Below are positions 50,796-63,582 of a DNA stretch of 64,000 nucleotides, one piece after another; positions within the stretch are counted from its first letter, which is position 1; each line of letters opens with the position of its first letter. A program made the translations under genes and the position numbers. Where the stretch lies: positions 15,624,001 through 15,688,000 of the forward strand of contig NC_043004.1 of assembly GCF_006345805.1 (NCBI RefSeq), in the 5' to 3' direction. Source of the DNA: Octopus sinensis (taxonomy: Eukaryota). The notes below the pieces were generated by a model. The model was not told where the DNA came from and did not search any database. It saw only the letters and a list, made by a program, of their open reading frames with translations.

Positions 50796-50847
50796 GTCTC
50801 CGATGAATGGATAGAATTAATAAATATCCTGGAAACAACTGTAAGAC
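50796..50847 (+). ncRNA. Minimal hammerhead-like motif (U4C core variant) in a PLE pseudo-LTR
   Basis: gucu CCGAUGA a-u-ggaua...uaucc-u-g GAAAC aacu GUA agac. Stem I is gucu/agac. Confidence 0.6.
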
Positions 50848-51214
50848 ATTCTATCTATAAATGTTCTTATATCTACATAGCTTTGGTTTTTTATCTCATT
50901 ACACAAAAAAATCTTATAGTGGGCCGAATGGCCTATTAAGGCCATTCCTTAATTATTGTTGAATTTATATATATAGTCTTTGACTATTTTCTCTTTCCCA
51001 CTAGACCGCTGGTAGCGATAAATTTCTATTGAATTTTTTGCTACCCTAAATTGATTAATATATATATATGCATGAGAGGTGTCGGTATCTAGAAGACACC
51101 AAAGAGTGGCAGGTAACGGAAAGTAAGTGCTATCGATAGACCTTATTTAAACTCATTTTCGATAGTGATACGAGTGAGGATTCCAATGTGGGTTGTGTGT
51201 TAGCATGCATATAC

Positions 51215-52264
51215 ATATTAAACAAAATAAGATAACAAAGCCAAGTCTGTGAGGAGTTTTCAGGACATTTATAAGGAAGGGGATATAGTCTATATTGTTG
51301 TATATGGGGACGGCTATGTTGCCAGTTTAGCCAATAAAAACACACGCATTATAAATTTGCTGTTAATTTGCTTCAGCTTTATTTATTTTTTATATTAACC
51401 TTATTTCGACCAGAGTTCTATCATCACGCTTCAACTATAGTTGTAGTAGTAGTATTAGTAGTAAACAAAGTGGTCGGAAGAATACAGGATGTAAACTTTT
51501 AATAAAGAGACATATTTGGTTGTATAGGTTATTGTGATAGTTAGGAATCAGACAGGAGGGAACAAAGTATAATTACATACGTACGCGCGCACACACGTGC
51601 ACACATATATATACATATGTATACATACACATATACATACACATACATATATATACATGCATTCTCAAGCGCATCCGTAAATCTATTCATACGCGCATAC
51701 ATATACACATACATGCACACGCACATACATACGGGCAGGCGCGCAAGCACTTACACACAGTCGCACGCATGCACTCATACAGGTACATACGTATTCATAT
51801 GTACACATACACACAGAAATATACATGCACACACATGTATCCGCTTGCATGTCCAAATATGTAGTATTAAATGATTAAGATCCTTAAAGTAAGAGGAGTT
51901 AAAAAAATTAACGATTAAAAATTAAAATAGAGATGAAGGAAAATTAAGTAAGGTTGTTGGGAATTACTTAAGGAGTGTTGTGGATATATACTCTGTGCTT
52001 ACTTAGGTTGCATTTAGATTTGGGGTAAAATTTGAAGGCATGAAAAAAGTGGTTTATATGTAGGTTAGTAAAAAAGTATGGATGCATTTATCTATTTAGT
52101 AGTGTCGAAGAGTTGTGTTTTAATATGTGGAATGCTTCTCTTAGACATAACTTTCAAGCTAAGCGTCGACCTTGGTATTCACGGCCTGAATCTATTAAGG
52201 ACCATGACAAAATGTAGGGAATATTTCTGCTTTTTAGATGATATATGTAACTGGCGAGTGTTGT
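51215..52264 (-). mobile_element. Penelope-like element 3' portion (GIY-YIG C-terminus, 3' UTR, pLTR end), interrupted by microsatellites
   Basis: Minus 52264-52088: TTLASYIYHLKSRNIPYILSWSLIDSGREYQGRRLA*KLCLREAFHILKHNSSTLLNR*. The pLTR end motif ataaatgtcctgaaaa..cacagacttggcttt lies at 51275-51225. Confidence 0.7.
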
Positions 52265-52634
52265 TACAGTAACTATACAACCACATGCTAGTCACTTTGG
52301 TATCACCCCCCCATACCTTTTCTCTACCCATCCCTTAATGCAGTTCTACCATATCAATCCTGACATACCTCACACTTATTCACTCCTTACCTCCTCATCT
52401 CATCCTATCCCTCTCCCACTCCTCTCCCATTCTCTCCTCACATTATCTTGGCCAGCAACTAACACTTCTCTCACTTCTTGCACCCTTTATTCACTTTTCC
52501 CTTTTTTTCTCTCTTTGTTCCTCTCATCTTCTCTTCCTGTTTTCATTTTGACCCATCTCCTCATTCTAATCATACACATCTCCCCCTTCCCATCTATCCA
52601 CAAATACTACCAATATATTCTCCAATTTTCAATC

Positions 52635-53050
52635 ACACCACAGGACCCTTTCCGATGAGCAACACAGAATTCACGGCTCAATACTTTGAAATGAAGTACC
52701 ATTCGAACTTACATACCATGTACAGGGGGCTTTTTTTAGCACTTCTATACACAACTTTCCTCGAATAATGGAACTGCAACTACATATCATTATATATTTT
52801 ATATTATATTTTATTTCTACTTTCATTCTCTTATTTCCCTACATTTTCACTATCTCCTCATTTTCCATAATAATTCCTTATTTCCAACCGAAATATTTAC
52901 CGCTATTTAACCATCTCACATCCTCTTTGATAAAGGGATATCCATAATAACACAGAAAGAGATGTAAGACGATATATATATCTTTTTCGTCATAAATGTC
53001 CTGAAAAATACTCACAGACTTGGCTTTCTTATCTCATTTTGTGTAACACA
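52635..53050 (+). mobile_element. Penelope-like 3' fragment with pLTR end and a heavily decayed hammerhead position
   Basis: HHRTLSDEQHRIHG...VPFELTY-like remnant. tttgataaagggatatcc...cagaaagagatgtaagac and the cataaatgtcctgaaaaatactcacagacttggctttc end motif. Confidence 0.55.
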
Positions 53051-53087
53051 CAAACACACATATATATGTATATGTATATATATATAC

Positions 53088-53141
<54 letters not shown>

Positions 53142-53795
53142 ATATATATATATATATATATATAGTGAGAGAGAGAGAGAGAGAGAGAGATTATTACTAT
53201 ATAATCAAATAACTTTCGCCGCTCTGGGGGAGGTCTTGGAATGATTTATGATTACTTAGGCCTCTGTAAGACAGAATAATATGTGAACATTCTGGATTTG
53301 TAGCGAAGAGAATGTTTTGTAAATGTTTCTCAAGCTGCGTTTTATATTTATTTCTATTACAAGGTTTAGCAGAATTACAGAAGAGAGACTGAAGTAATGC
53401 AGCAGGATATATCATACAGAAGCTAATGAAAATAAGTGTTAACATGTTATGTATTTATTGTGGAATGTAGTGATCTGGTTGAAACGGTAAATGTATACAA
53501 GTAGCTGTAAAGATCATAAACTTATTGAACAAGTCCGAGAGCACCTGTAAGGATGTTAAGAGCTGAAGATTGCCACTGTCGTATTTTCATCTGTAATACA
53601 TAATTACATATCAGAAATATTATTTGCCTTTTACTACAGTAATCAATAAGCTTGTGAAAGATCCATTTGCACATGGAAAAAATCAACGCCATAATGATCA
53701 CACTGGTACGGCATAACTAACATAAAATAATATACAACATACTACATACATATATATATTATATAATATATATATATAATATAATATATATATAT

Positions 53796-53829
<34 letters not shown>

Positions 53830-54024
53830 AATATATAATATATACATACATCCATACATACATAATGCACTGTCACGTCGAAGACGACGTATGAGTTTCA
53901 GCTTTTGCCGAAAGACCTCCACAAATGATTTTCTTTCTTTAGCGATCAAATGTTGGTGCATTAGGTTACTCCCTCCATGAAATCGACGTTGCCTGGACAG
54001 GTGCATGGTGTACTAAAACGTCAG

Positions 54025-54141
54025 ATGAATGTGAGATGAAATGCTTCGCTCAAAATTACAAAGCACCGCCCGTTTAGAAACTGAGACTATGATCCCGTGA
54101 TCGTAGGTGCCACTCCCCAGCAAATAGGCCATAAGTCCTCC
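54025..54141 (-). mobile_element. Degenerate family-C-like SINE head
   Basis: Minus strand ggaggacttatggcctattt...ctacgatcacgggatc...ttttgagcgaagcatttcatctcacatt. Confidence 0.5.
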
Positions 54142-54211
54142 ATTATCCATACATACATATACACATACATACATACACATATACATACATAGAGACATAT
54201 CTATCTATCTA

Positions 54212-54257
<46 letters not shown>

Positions 54258-54264
54258 TATATAT

Positions 54265-54297
<33 letters not shown>

Positions 54298-54923
54298 ATG
54301 TGTGTGTGTCTGTTGTTTGTGCATATATACATGTATATTTATATATATATATATACTATATATATATATATGCACCATATTATTTATACACACAGACACA
54401 AACATATATATACATATATAATATGCATATATTTATACATATATTAATATGCCGGCTGCCCCCTTGCACTTTGTCTCTTGAGTCTGCAGGTACCACCCAA
54501 TAGTTAGATTGGAAGTTTTTAACAGCCCCTACATAATGCTCGTAAAGACCTGATACCTCACATATGAAAAGGAGGTACGTCTCTACACACACGGCATACA
54601 GCAAATTGTGCTCCCCTGGAGCAAAAGTTGCTGTGTGAAACACGAAATTCAGGAAACCTGAAAGAATCAGTTGTGCTTAGTGTACTTTGTTACGAAAAAT
54701 GCCCATGCTCCCAGCAGAAACGACGATAATGATTTAAGGATTGTGTGAAAGGATTGCGGTGAGGTCATGTGGAACGAAGGAATAGATATTTGGGGAAAAT
54801 ACTCATTTCCCATACGGAATTAAAGCGAAACGGCAAAAGTGTAATATATAAATTGCTCTGAGTGCACAATGTTCTTAATAGTTATTGATGGTCCTTCCAA
54901 ACATCATCATAGGAAAACATATA

Positions 54924-54980
<57 letters not shown>

Positions 54981-55724
54981 TTGTTTTATTCTTTTACGTG
55001 TTGCAGTCATTTGTTTAATCATGTATATATGTGTATAGATGAACATACTCATGTTGGTAAGTATTTATACATACAAAGACATATAGATACTCACAGGTGC
55101 ACACACACACACACACACACACACCACACTCACACACACACATCAAATATCTTTTCTGTGTTTGCGTATGTGCGATCTCACGCGTCTCAATGATATTAAT
55201 TCCAGTTAAAATAGAACTATAAAATCAATTCCTAAATTCCATTGTTCTCTTTCTGGAATTTACTACCGAATATTGTTCGACTCTACTTTTTTCACTTTTT
55301 TTTTTACATAAATTCTAAACATTAATTCCGGTATATATCATATTGTCTGAAACATCCATTTCATGTTATTGTATATTTTCTTATGAATGATTGACACTAA
55401 TCTTCCACAAACATACGGGGTAAAACTGAGTCATAACTCCAAAATATAATTTTTTTTAAATACAGCTTACTTCCCCATTGTATCTTCAAATATATTTCAG
55501 ACAAGTAATTCATTTATCAGCATAAATAATGTATAATAAAAATAATGTATGTACACATATATATCGTATGAGCAAATTTTCAAATTTATTCTTTCATTGC
55601 ATAAAAATGAAAAGTAAATGCAGAAATTAGTCAGGCTTCTTCCACGCATGCAAAACATTGCGTGCGTGTATGTGTGTGTGTGTGGTGTGTGTGTGTGTCT
55701 GTGTGTTAGAGCGTATATTTATTG

Positions 55725-55916
55725 TTTTACTCTTTTATTCATTTACTTGGTTCAATCATTTGACTGCAGCCATGCTGGAGCCCTGCCTTTAGTCGAACAA
55801 GTCGAACCGGGACTTATTTTTTGTAAGACTACTACTTATTCTGTCGCTATCTTTTGCCGAAACGCTTCATTACAGGGAGGTAAACACACCAGCATCGGTC
55901 GTCAACAGAAATTTAA

Positions 55917-55965
<49 letters not shown>

Positions 55966-56132
55966 TATATGACGGGCTTCTTTCAGTTTCTCTCTACCAA
56001 ATCTACTTACGAGGCTTGGTCGGCCCGTGGCTATAGTAAAAGACATTTGCCCAACATGCCACGCTTGGGACTCAATCCCGATTCACGTGGTTGGGAAGCC
56101 AGCTTCTCACCATACAGCCACCACTCTTGCGC
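55725..56132 (-). mobile_element. Family-A SINE
   Basis: Matches 16171-16578. Confidence 0.9.
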
Positions 56133-56190
56133 GAATATACATATGTATGTATATATGTATGTATGTATGTATGTGTGTATGTATGTGTGC

Positions 56191-56241
<51 letters not shown>

Positions 56242-56246
56242 TTAAA

Positions 56247-56542
56247 GGAGCACTTCGTCGGTTACGACGCCGAGAGTCCCAGCAGACTCGATCAACGGAA
56301 CAGGTTGCTCGTGAAATGAACGTGCATGTAGCAGAATATTACACAGACAAGTACATACCCTAACGTAGTTTTCAGGGTGATTCAGCGTGACACACAGTGT
56401 AACAAGGCTGGCCGTTTGAAATACATGTGCTACTGATTTTAGCCAACTGTGCAACGTGTAATAAAATGTATTGTTCAAGGACACAATGCATCGCCGGGAA
56501 TTGAACTGACGACCTTACCATTGCGAGCCAAATTCCCTAACC
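56247..56542 (-). mobile_element. Chimeric SINE: family-C-type head plus family-D-type tail
   Basis: Head gtgaaggaccgtggctcagtggttaggg...tgtccttgaacaatacatttt. Tail tcacgctgaatcaccctgaaaactacgtta...cgtaaccgacgaagtgc. Confidence 0.8.
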
Positions 56543-56558
56543 ACTGAGCCACGGTCCT

Positions 56559-56652
<94 letters not shown>

Positions 56653-57777
56653 TGGATTAGTACTAGAATCAAATTTGTTCAGAAATAAGTTACATTTACA
56701 GCAAATTTCCCTTGGTAAACAGCATTAAAAAATAGGAAAAGAATCTTTCAAAAATGTTTCTCGAAAAGAATTGTTATTCAAATATTGTATTTATATACAT
56801 ACATTACACACTCACACCCATACACACACACACACGTATGCATGCGCACACTTATACGTACGCCACACATATATTCAATATACACGTCTGTGAGTGTGTG
56901 TGCGCGTGTGTGCGTGTCAGTGTGTCTGTGTGTGTGTTAAATGAATGTATGCCTGTATGCCTATATGGAAAATGTCTACGAATTACGTTTTCTTAATTTA
57001 CTTAAGACGATTCCAATATTTGAAGCTTTAGGCAGAATAACTACTGGTAATTCATTGGATAAATACTGTCTTATTTTTCAATTGAGTTATTTATCAACGG
57101 TAGTGAAGATTTGTTTGAGTTCTTAATATACATATATATATATACATACGAGATTTAAACATATGTGTGTGTTTGTGTGTTAGTGTACATAAGTGTGTAT
57201 ATATATATATACGTATGCATTTTCAACGTTTCAATATATCTATCAACGTATCACTCTTATTCTTAAATAAATTTAATGTTGTTGAATTAAAATTTATGGC
57301 ACTTTCACTCTGAAAGTTAGCAAATATAAATTCGTCATGTTATTTCTTTGCAATAATGGAAATTGTTCAGACTTATTTCATTATTGGTTGGCTACTTCTC
57401 TGAACATATATCGTACTAATTCTTATATTAAGGAAATTCACTTTATAGGAATCTGTATTTAAATAAAAGGCCCTCTAGTGTTCTGCTTAGATGCAAGTTA
57501 GAATAAGAAATACAGCTTGCGTATGATTAATATTGCGATTAGTATATGACTAGTTATTTGGCTATGTCTGAAAAAGAATTGGGATATTTCTACAAATGTG
57601 CGATAATTCACCCTGAAACGGATCAGGATTAATATTTGTGTTCTTTTCAAATATATTTCACTTAATTTCCACTGATTTGATGTTTTAAAAGTCAGTCAAA
57701 CTTCAGGATTTATCTAATTTCTGTACTGCACACTGTTTTGTTTTATGTGAATATCTAGTAGCTATGTAATTTTCTAA

Positions 57778-58124
57778 GGTACTCCGTCGGTTACGGCCAC
57801 TTAGGACTCCAGTTGATCCAATCAACGGAACAGCCTGCTCAGATACATGTACCCTTAACGTAGTTCTCGGGGAGATTCAGCGTGACAGAGAGTGTGGCAA
57901 AACTAGTCCTTTGAAATACAGGTACAACAGAAACAGGAAGAAAAACTGAGAAAAAAATTGTGGTGAAAGAGTACAGCAGGGTTCACCAGCAACCCTTGCC
58001 AGAGTCTCGTGGAGCTTTAAGCGTTTTCTCTTAATAAACACTCTCAAGGCCCACTCTGGGAATCGAAATCGCGATCTAATGGCCGCGAGTCCGCTGCCCT
58101 AACCACTGGGCCATTGCACCTCCG
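57778..58124 (-). mobile_element. Family-D SINE
   Basis: Matches 3566-3948, with an internal deletion. Confidence 0.9.
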
Positions 58125-58474
58125 CTGCTATGTAATAATCCTATTTGTACGAATAAATATCCATTGCGGAAAGATGAGCCATAGGGAAAATCTGTTACGG
58201 ATAATTTTCTGAATAGAAAGACGATATCATCTATTTACACTTTTTACTTTCCACAACTAAGGAACTATGAAAAAATTATTAAAATTACATACACGCACTC
58301 AAACACATGTATCCTATATTTATATATACGCACTTATATACATATACATATATTTTTATCTCAATATGTGTTTCAGTCTACAGCATATATCTGTGTGAAT
58401 GTGTATGTGTGTGTGCTTATGTGAGTGTGAATGGTGTTTTGTATTTATAATACATGTCACACTCCGTATTCATT

Positions 58475-58846
58475 TCTATATCTGTAAACGGCAAAATGTC
58501 TGTGTATCTGTGTGTCCTTTATACAAATCCACAGTTTTTCACGGGAAAAGCTCGCATTTTCTATGGGCTTTCAAAACTGCCTCAGGGCAGAAGCCAGAAG
58601 CCATTAAAAAATCGATAAACTGACCCCCTATGCCCATCAGTTATGGGCATATAGGCATTGCCGAAGTCCAATGAATATTAATTACTCTCGTAAAAAGCCC
58701 CAACTGACTCATAAACAACAAAACTGGCCTGGGCTGAAGTGTGATAAGAAACTTAGCTCTTGAATTAGTGAGACATTTTTACTGCGACCCGTCAACGACC
58801 AACAAACACTAGTACTAGACCCGGCAACGCTGGGTCATAGTGCTAG
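58475..58846 (+). mobile_element. Probable non-autonomous Helitron
   Basis: 5' TC followed by ggcaaaatgtctgtgtatctgtgtg. 3' GC-rich hairpin gacccggc-aac-gctgggtc followed by CTAG. Confidence 0.6.
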
Positions 58847-59634
58847 AACGCATATATCTAACAGATATCTAAACCTATTAGATAATTAAATATATAAAGG
58901 AACTAAAAGTGTTTATGAAATACTTTAAAATAGTTAAAATTTTAGCTGAAATATGTAAATAAGAAACATGTTTTTAACATATTTAACAGCCAAAAATTTA
59001 TATATAACAGCATGTTACGTCATTGTTCTCTTATGCAATTCATGGAAGTGAGCAATGTTTTGCTCTAATGTAATTGTAATGAAATAACGCAAAACTGATT
59101 GGGATGGCACTCACGTTTTTTGCTCAGTAGTGCCTGTGATAAAACAGTTCATAAGTGTTTGAAGTGATGATCAAAATCAGTTGATTTAATCGTATAAAAT
59201 TAAAGGTCAAAGTTATATATTTGTCCGTTGAATGTAATTATAGTGAACATGTGTTACTCTAATTAGAACTCAATGATCAGAGTTGGTTTTAATGTAAATT
59301 AAGCTGTGGTTATAATATCACAAAATTGTTAATACTGTAATAAAACATATGCTGGTTGTTTTAATGACAGAATTCATAGGTTTTGTTGCAAGAAGTCAGC
59401 AGAGATTAAACTGCAGACTGGTAGTTCTTATTAAAGTATCAGTGGTGGGGATGGTAAAAAGACCTACATACATGTACATATATGTGTGTGTGTATGTGTG
59501 TTCGTGTACAAATATACGTACATAAATATATGCAAACATACCCACACAAATATATATGCAGTGACGGAGCGTATGTCATATATATATATATATGTGTATG
59601 TATATATTTGTATGCATGTATGTATGCACGTATG

Positions 59635-59678
<44 letters not shown>

Positions 59679-60384
59679 GATATATATATGCGTATGAATT
59701 ATTACATTATAAATGTTTCCAGCCTCTTATAACGTGTCACGAGACTTCTGAATTAATAGTTATTTGAAGGATTATCGTCAACGAAATAAATGTATATGAT
59801 TAGAAACAGAAAAGCCACTAAATCTTTTATCTGCCAAATTATTTAGGATTATTCTAACTTTATAATTAACTTTAATGATGGGCACGTATTCTGATTTCAT
59901 AATATAATCCAAGTATTCCTGATGGCATTAAAACTGATTGTTTACATAACTGTGTAATGCTCTAATGCTGTTATCCATTGTCATTGATGAATATACCAAG
60001 CTTTTACTATGTCTAAGTTTACCAGGATAATATTAGTAATGTAATGAGAATTGTTAATTATTTCGTTACTTACCTGACACCCACATTTTATTTGCCAATT
60101 AACAAAATATTATTGATATAAGTTTTAAAAACAACTCAATTTATATTATTTATTCTTGCAGCATATAGCAGAAAAGGTTGAGCTTGTATGTGTAAATACA
60201 ATTTAAAGTATGGGTTAAGTTGTAAAACGTGTAAAACGTTTAAAGGTAAGCAAGAAATTTTCTTTGAAAAAAATAACACGTATCTTGGCGAGGGTAGTAA
60301 TTTGCTAAATACAACAGTCGGAAAAATCAGAAAAGAAAAGGACAGCCGCGTCAGCACAGAAATCTTATATTTATAATAATTATA

Positions 60385-60596
60385 CAGTAAATCTCTCGCC
60401 ATATCGCGGTTCATTATTTAAGCTTAAGTCGATTCCTCTTTGGCGTTGTTTTGCGTTTATAATAGAATAAATATATACAAATTATAAAAACTATTAAAAA
60501 ATATATACAGTACAGTACTGTTTGTACTTCGCGGATTTTTGCCTATCGCCGAGGTTTTTTTGGAACGCAACACTCGCGATAGTCGAAGGATTACTG
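60385..60596. mobile_element. Tigger-like MITE with TA target duplication
   Basis: TIRs CAGTAAATCTCTCGCCATATCGCG / CGCGATAGTCGAAGGATTACTG, flanked by TA at 60383-60384 and 60597-60598. Confidence 0.8.
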
Positions 60597-60843
60597 TATA
60601 CAGAATATAGAGTGGTGCTAGTCTGATTGCAGTACCGTGACAACTTCATACATATTACAATCTCGTTTTATCTCGCCATCGAAATATAGTCAAGTCGTAC
60701 TATTACTGAAAATCATACTTGGCTCGACGTATCTAATAATTCTTGGAATGCCACCACTAGATAATATAACACAAGTGAAAGTCCGGCGGGAAAATAACTC
60801 AATAACTGATGTTGCAAGAAATCTTAACAATAGTAGTATCTTA

Positions 60844-61170
60844 GTGAGGGCGCATGGCTCAGTGGTTAGAGCGTCGAGCTTACGATCGTGAGGTTGTGAG
60901 TTCGAATCTCGGATCGGACTGCGTGTTCCTGAGCAAGGCACTATATTTCACGTTGCTCCAGTTCAGTCAGCTGCAGAAATGAGTTGCGACGTCAGTGCCA
61001 AGCTGTATCGTCCTTTGCCTTTCCCTTGTATAACACTGGTGGCGTGGAGAGGGGTGGCTGGTATGCATGGGCGACTGCTGGTCTTCCATAAACAACCTTG
61101 CCCGGACTTGTACGTGGGAGGGAACTTTTCAAATGCAATCGCATGGCCAGGCATGACTGAAGGGGGTCTC
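60844..61170 (+). mobile_element. Family-C SINE (long-tail variant)
   Basis: ggcgcatggctcagtggttagagcg A box, gagttcgaatctc B box and conserved core. Confidence 0.9.
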
Positions 61171-61597
61171 AGCAGTCAGCAATCTGGTATCTCAGTAGTA
61201 CCTTATTCTCAAACGTGTTTCATATTAACATCGGGATAACAATCGTTCTTACGGAAATTGTAAAGGGAATTGAATTTTGAATGTATAAAACGGAAGAATG
61301 ATATCGATGGAAAATAATTCTTTCTACCAGCAACTGTCTCGATATACTAGTAAACCCAGTACGAAATGGAAAGTTCCAGGAAGAAACATGTATACTGTCG
61401 AGGGGATTAACTCCAACTCTATCTTATCTTCAACGCAGCTAATGTATATCGGGCCCACTGGTTGATATGATAATTGTGTACAAGTTCTGCAAGTTATATT
61501 GTTTAATGGATGTAGACACATAATCCATTGTAAGTATGAAATATATTTCTGCATAGCCATTTCCTTCTATTTCCCTTAAGAACAATGTTTCTTTCTC

Positions 61598-61650
<53 letters not shown>

Positions 61651-62152
61651 ACACACACACACACACACACATATGCACGCAAACACACTCACTCACACAT
61701 ACACAGATTTTGTCTTTTCCTATTCCTCTCTATTTCATAGCATGAGTACATGTGTGTCTATGTGTGTAAATGTATGTGCTTGACACTAGTCATGTAAGTA
61801 ATATTGCTGAAGTTTTAGTTCAAGTCAATTGAAACATATAGAACAACTTTGTAAATATTTCAGCAAATGTCATCGAAAAAATTGCCGCAATGATAATTCA
61901 CACACATCTATAAGAAATTACATGCAAACGCATATATATATATATATATTATATATATAATATATATATATTATATATATATAATGACAATTTAATAAAT
62001 AAAACATATGCATACATATACGTACATACCTACTTCTATATATATATATATATACATGCATATATGAGTACAGGACACCACAAATAAATCGTAGAACACA
62101 ACGAGAAACGAAAACATAAAATCAAACAATATATATAAATATATATATATAT

Positions 62153-62304
62153 ACGACGGGCTTTCAGTTTCCATCTACCAAATCCACTCACATGGCTTTG
62201 GTCAGCTCGAGGTCATAGCAGAGGAGGTGCCATGTAGTGAGATTGAATACAGAACCATGCGGTTGGAAAGCAAGCTTCGTACCCCATTGCTACACCTGTG
62301 CCTA
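62153..62304 (-). mobile_element. Family-A SINE head/body fragment
   Basis: gacgggctttcagtttccatctaccaaatccactcacatggctttggtc. Confidence 0.8.
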
Positions 62305-62634
62305 TGTAAAGTCTTAACTTTTTATTTCACTGCAGAAGCTAAAAATTCCTCCATGTTAGTCTGAAAATGTGAAGCACGTATTTTTATTTTTTACGTGTTT
62401 CAATGATTGGACTGTAGCTTATATATAAATACATAAATGAGGTTGAAATAGCCTCATTAAGGGATAAAAAATAGTGGATTATTTGTTCATTGCCTATTAT
62501 TTTTTATGAATCGTAATATTAAAAATAGAATAGGTTTAAGTATAAATCCTAGTTTATAAATCAAATACAAGTTCTGAAATTGGAGAGGTAGTATTAATAT
62601 AATTTATTACCTGCAAAAGTTCAACATGCTGCTC

Positions 62635-62671
62635 CTTCGATTTTGCCTTGGACAAAATCTCATCAGAGGGG
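62635..62671 (-). ncRNA. Hammerhead core relic
   Basis: Minus: CUGAUGA gauuuug-uccaagg-caaaauc GAAg. Stem II is a perfect 7 bp, but stems I and III are not recoverable. Confidence 0.45.
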
Positions 62672-62811
62672 TGCAAACAACATACCATAATGGTTATATT
62701 TACATACCGAAATCTACCCGAAAATAATTGTTGCTACAACAGTGCTTTTGAGAGAGAGAGAGAGAGAGAGAGAGAGCTATTAATCTCCCGCTACGGCAAT
62801 TTCAACTAGCT

Positions 62812-63176
62812 TTCACGTTCCCCAGACTTGACTAGCCCAGATCTTTTGTATTGGGGATGCCTGAAAGAGAACGTTTAAGTCAACAAAGCAGAGACCCTGG
62901 TGCAACTGAAGGAGGACATCAACAGAGAAATCAGAGAAGTTGGGACTTAAACTCTTGAGGTGCAATCTTTGGAAACACCACAGGAGTGCGAAGAAGAAGA
63001 TGGCTGCCATTTAAGCGATGTCATTTTTCATAAGTGATGTAGTAGTGTTGCAAAATTTGACTTGTGCGTATTGATTCCCATCCTGTTCTTTACAGTGTAT
63101 CAACATTTCAAGGGTTTATTTGCAAAGTGAAGCAAGTTAAAACTCTAAACCAATCTGTGACATTTGTGACAACCTG
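62812..63176 (+). mobile_element. Tc1/mariner-superfamily 3' fragment with TIR
   Basis: PDLTSPDLLYWGCLKENV*VNKAETLVQLKEDINREI...GCHLSDVIFHK* resembles SPDLTP.DF.LWG.LK. Ends ...gtgacaacctg+TA. Confidence 0.75.
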
Positions 63177-63180
63177 TATA

Positions 63181-63220
<40 letters not shown>

Positions 63221-63545
63221 AGAGAAAGAGAGATATCACACATCCAAACACACATACACACACACAAGATATATATATATATATATATAATATATATATA
63301 TATATGATACATGAACAACACTACATATTATTCGGTGGAAAAGAGTGAATAAAGAAACACATTTAAAAGAACATCGATAAATCACCGAAAACTGAAATAT
63401 GAACATGAAACAAAACGAAAAATCATTTATCTTAAATTGAAACTAGAAAGATTTATGCGTCTTAAAATGCAGCTTTACATGCATACAAAAACACAAGCTT
63501 TTGTATTTATATATATATATATATATATAATATATATATATATAA

Positions 63546-63582
<37 letters not shown>

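Noticed and set aside
55618-56319. 233-aa ORF
   Set aside because: Read-through of the antisense family-A SINE plus dinucleotide repeats.
58990-59110. TATA-like and CCAAT-like motifs suggesting a promoter
   Set aside because: Expected by chance in AT-rich DNA, with no associated gene or CpG-rich context.
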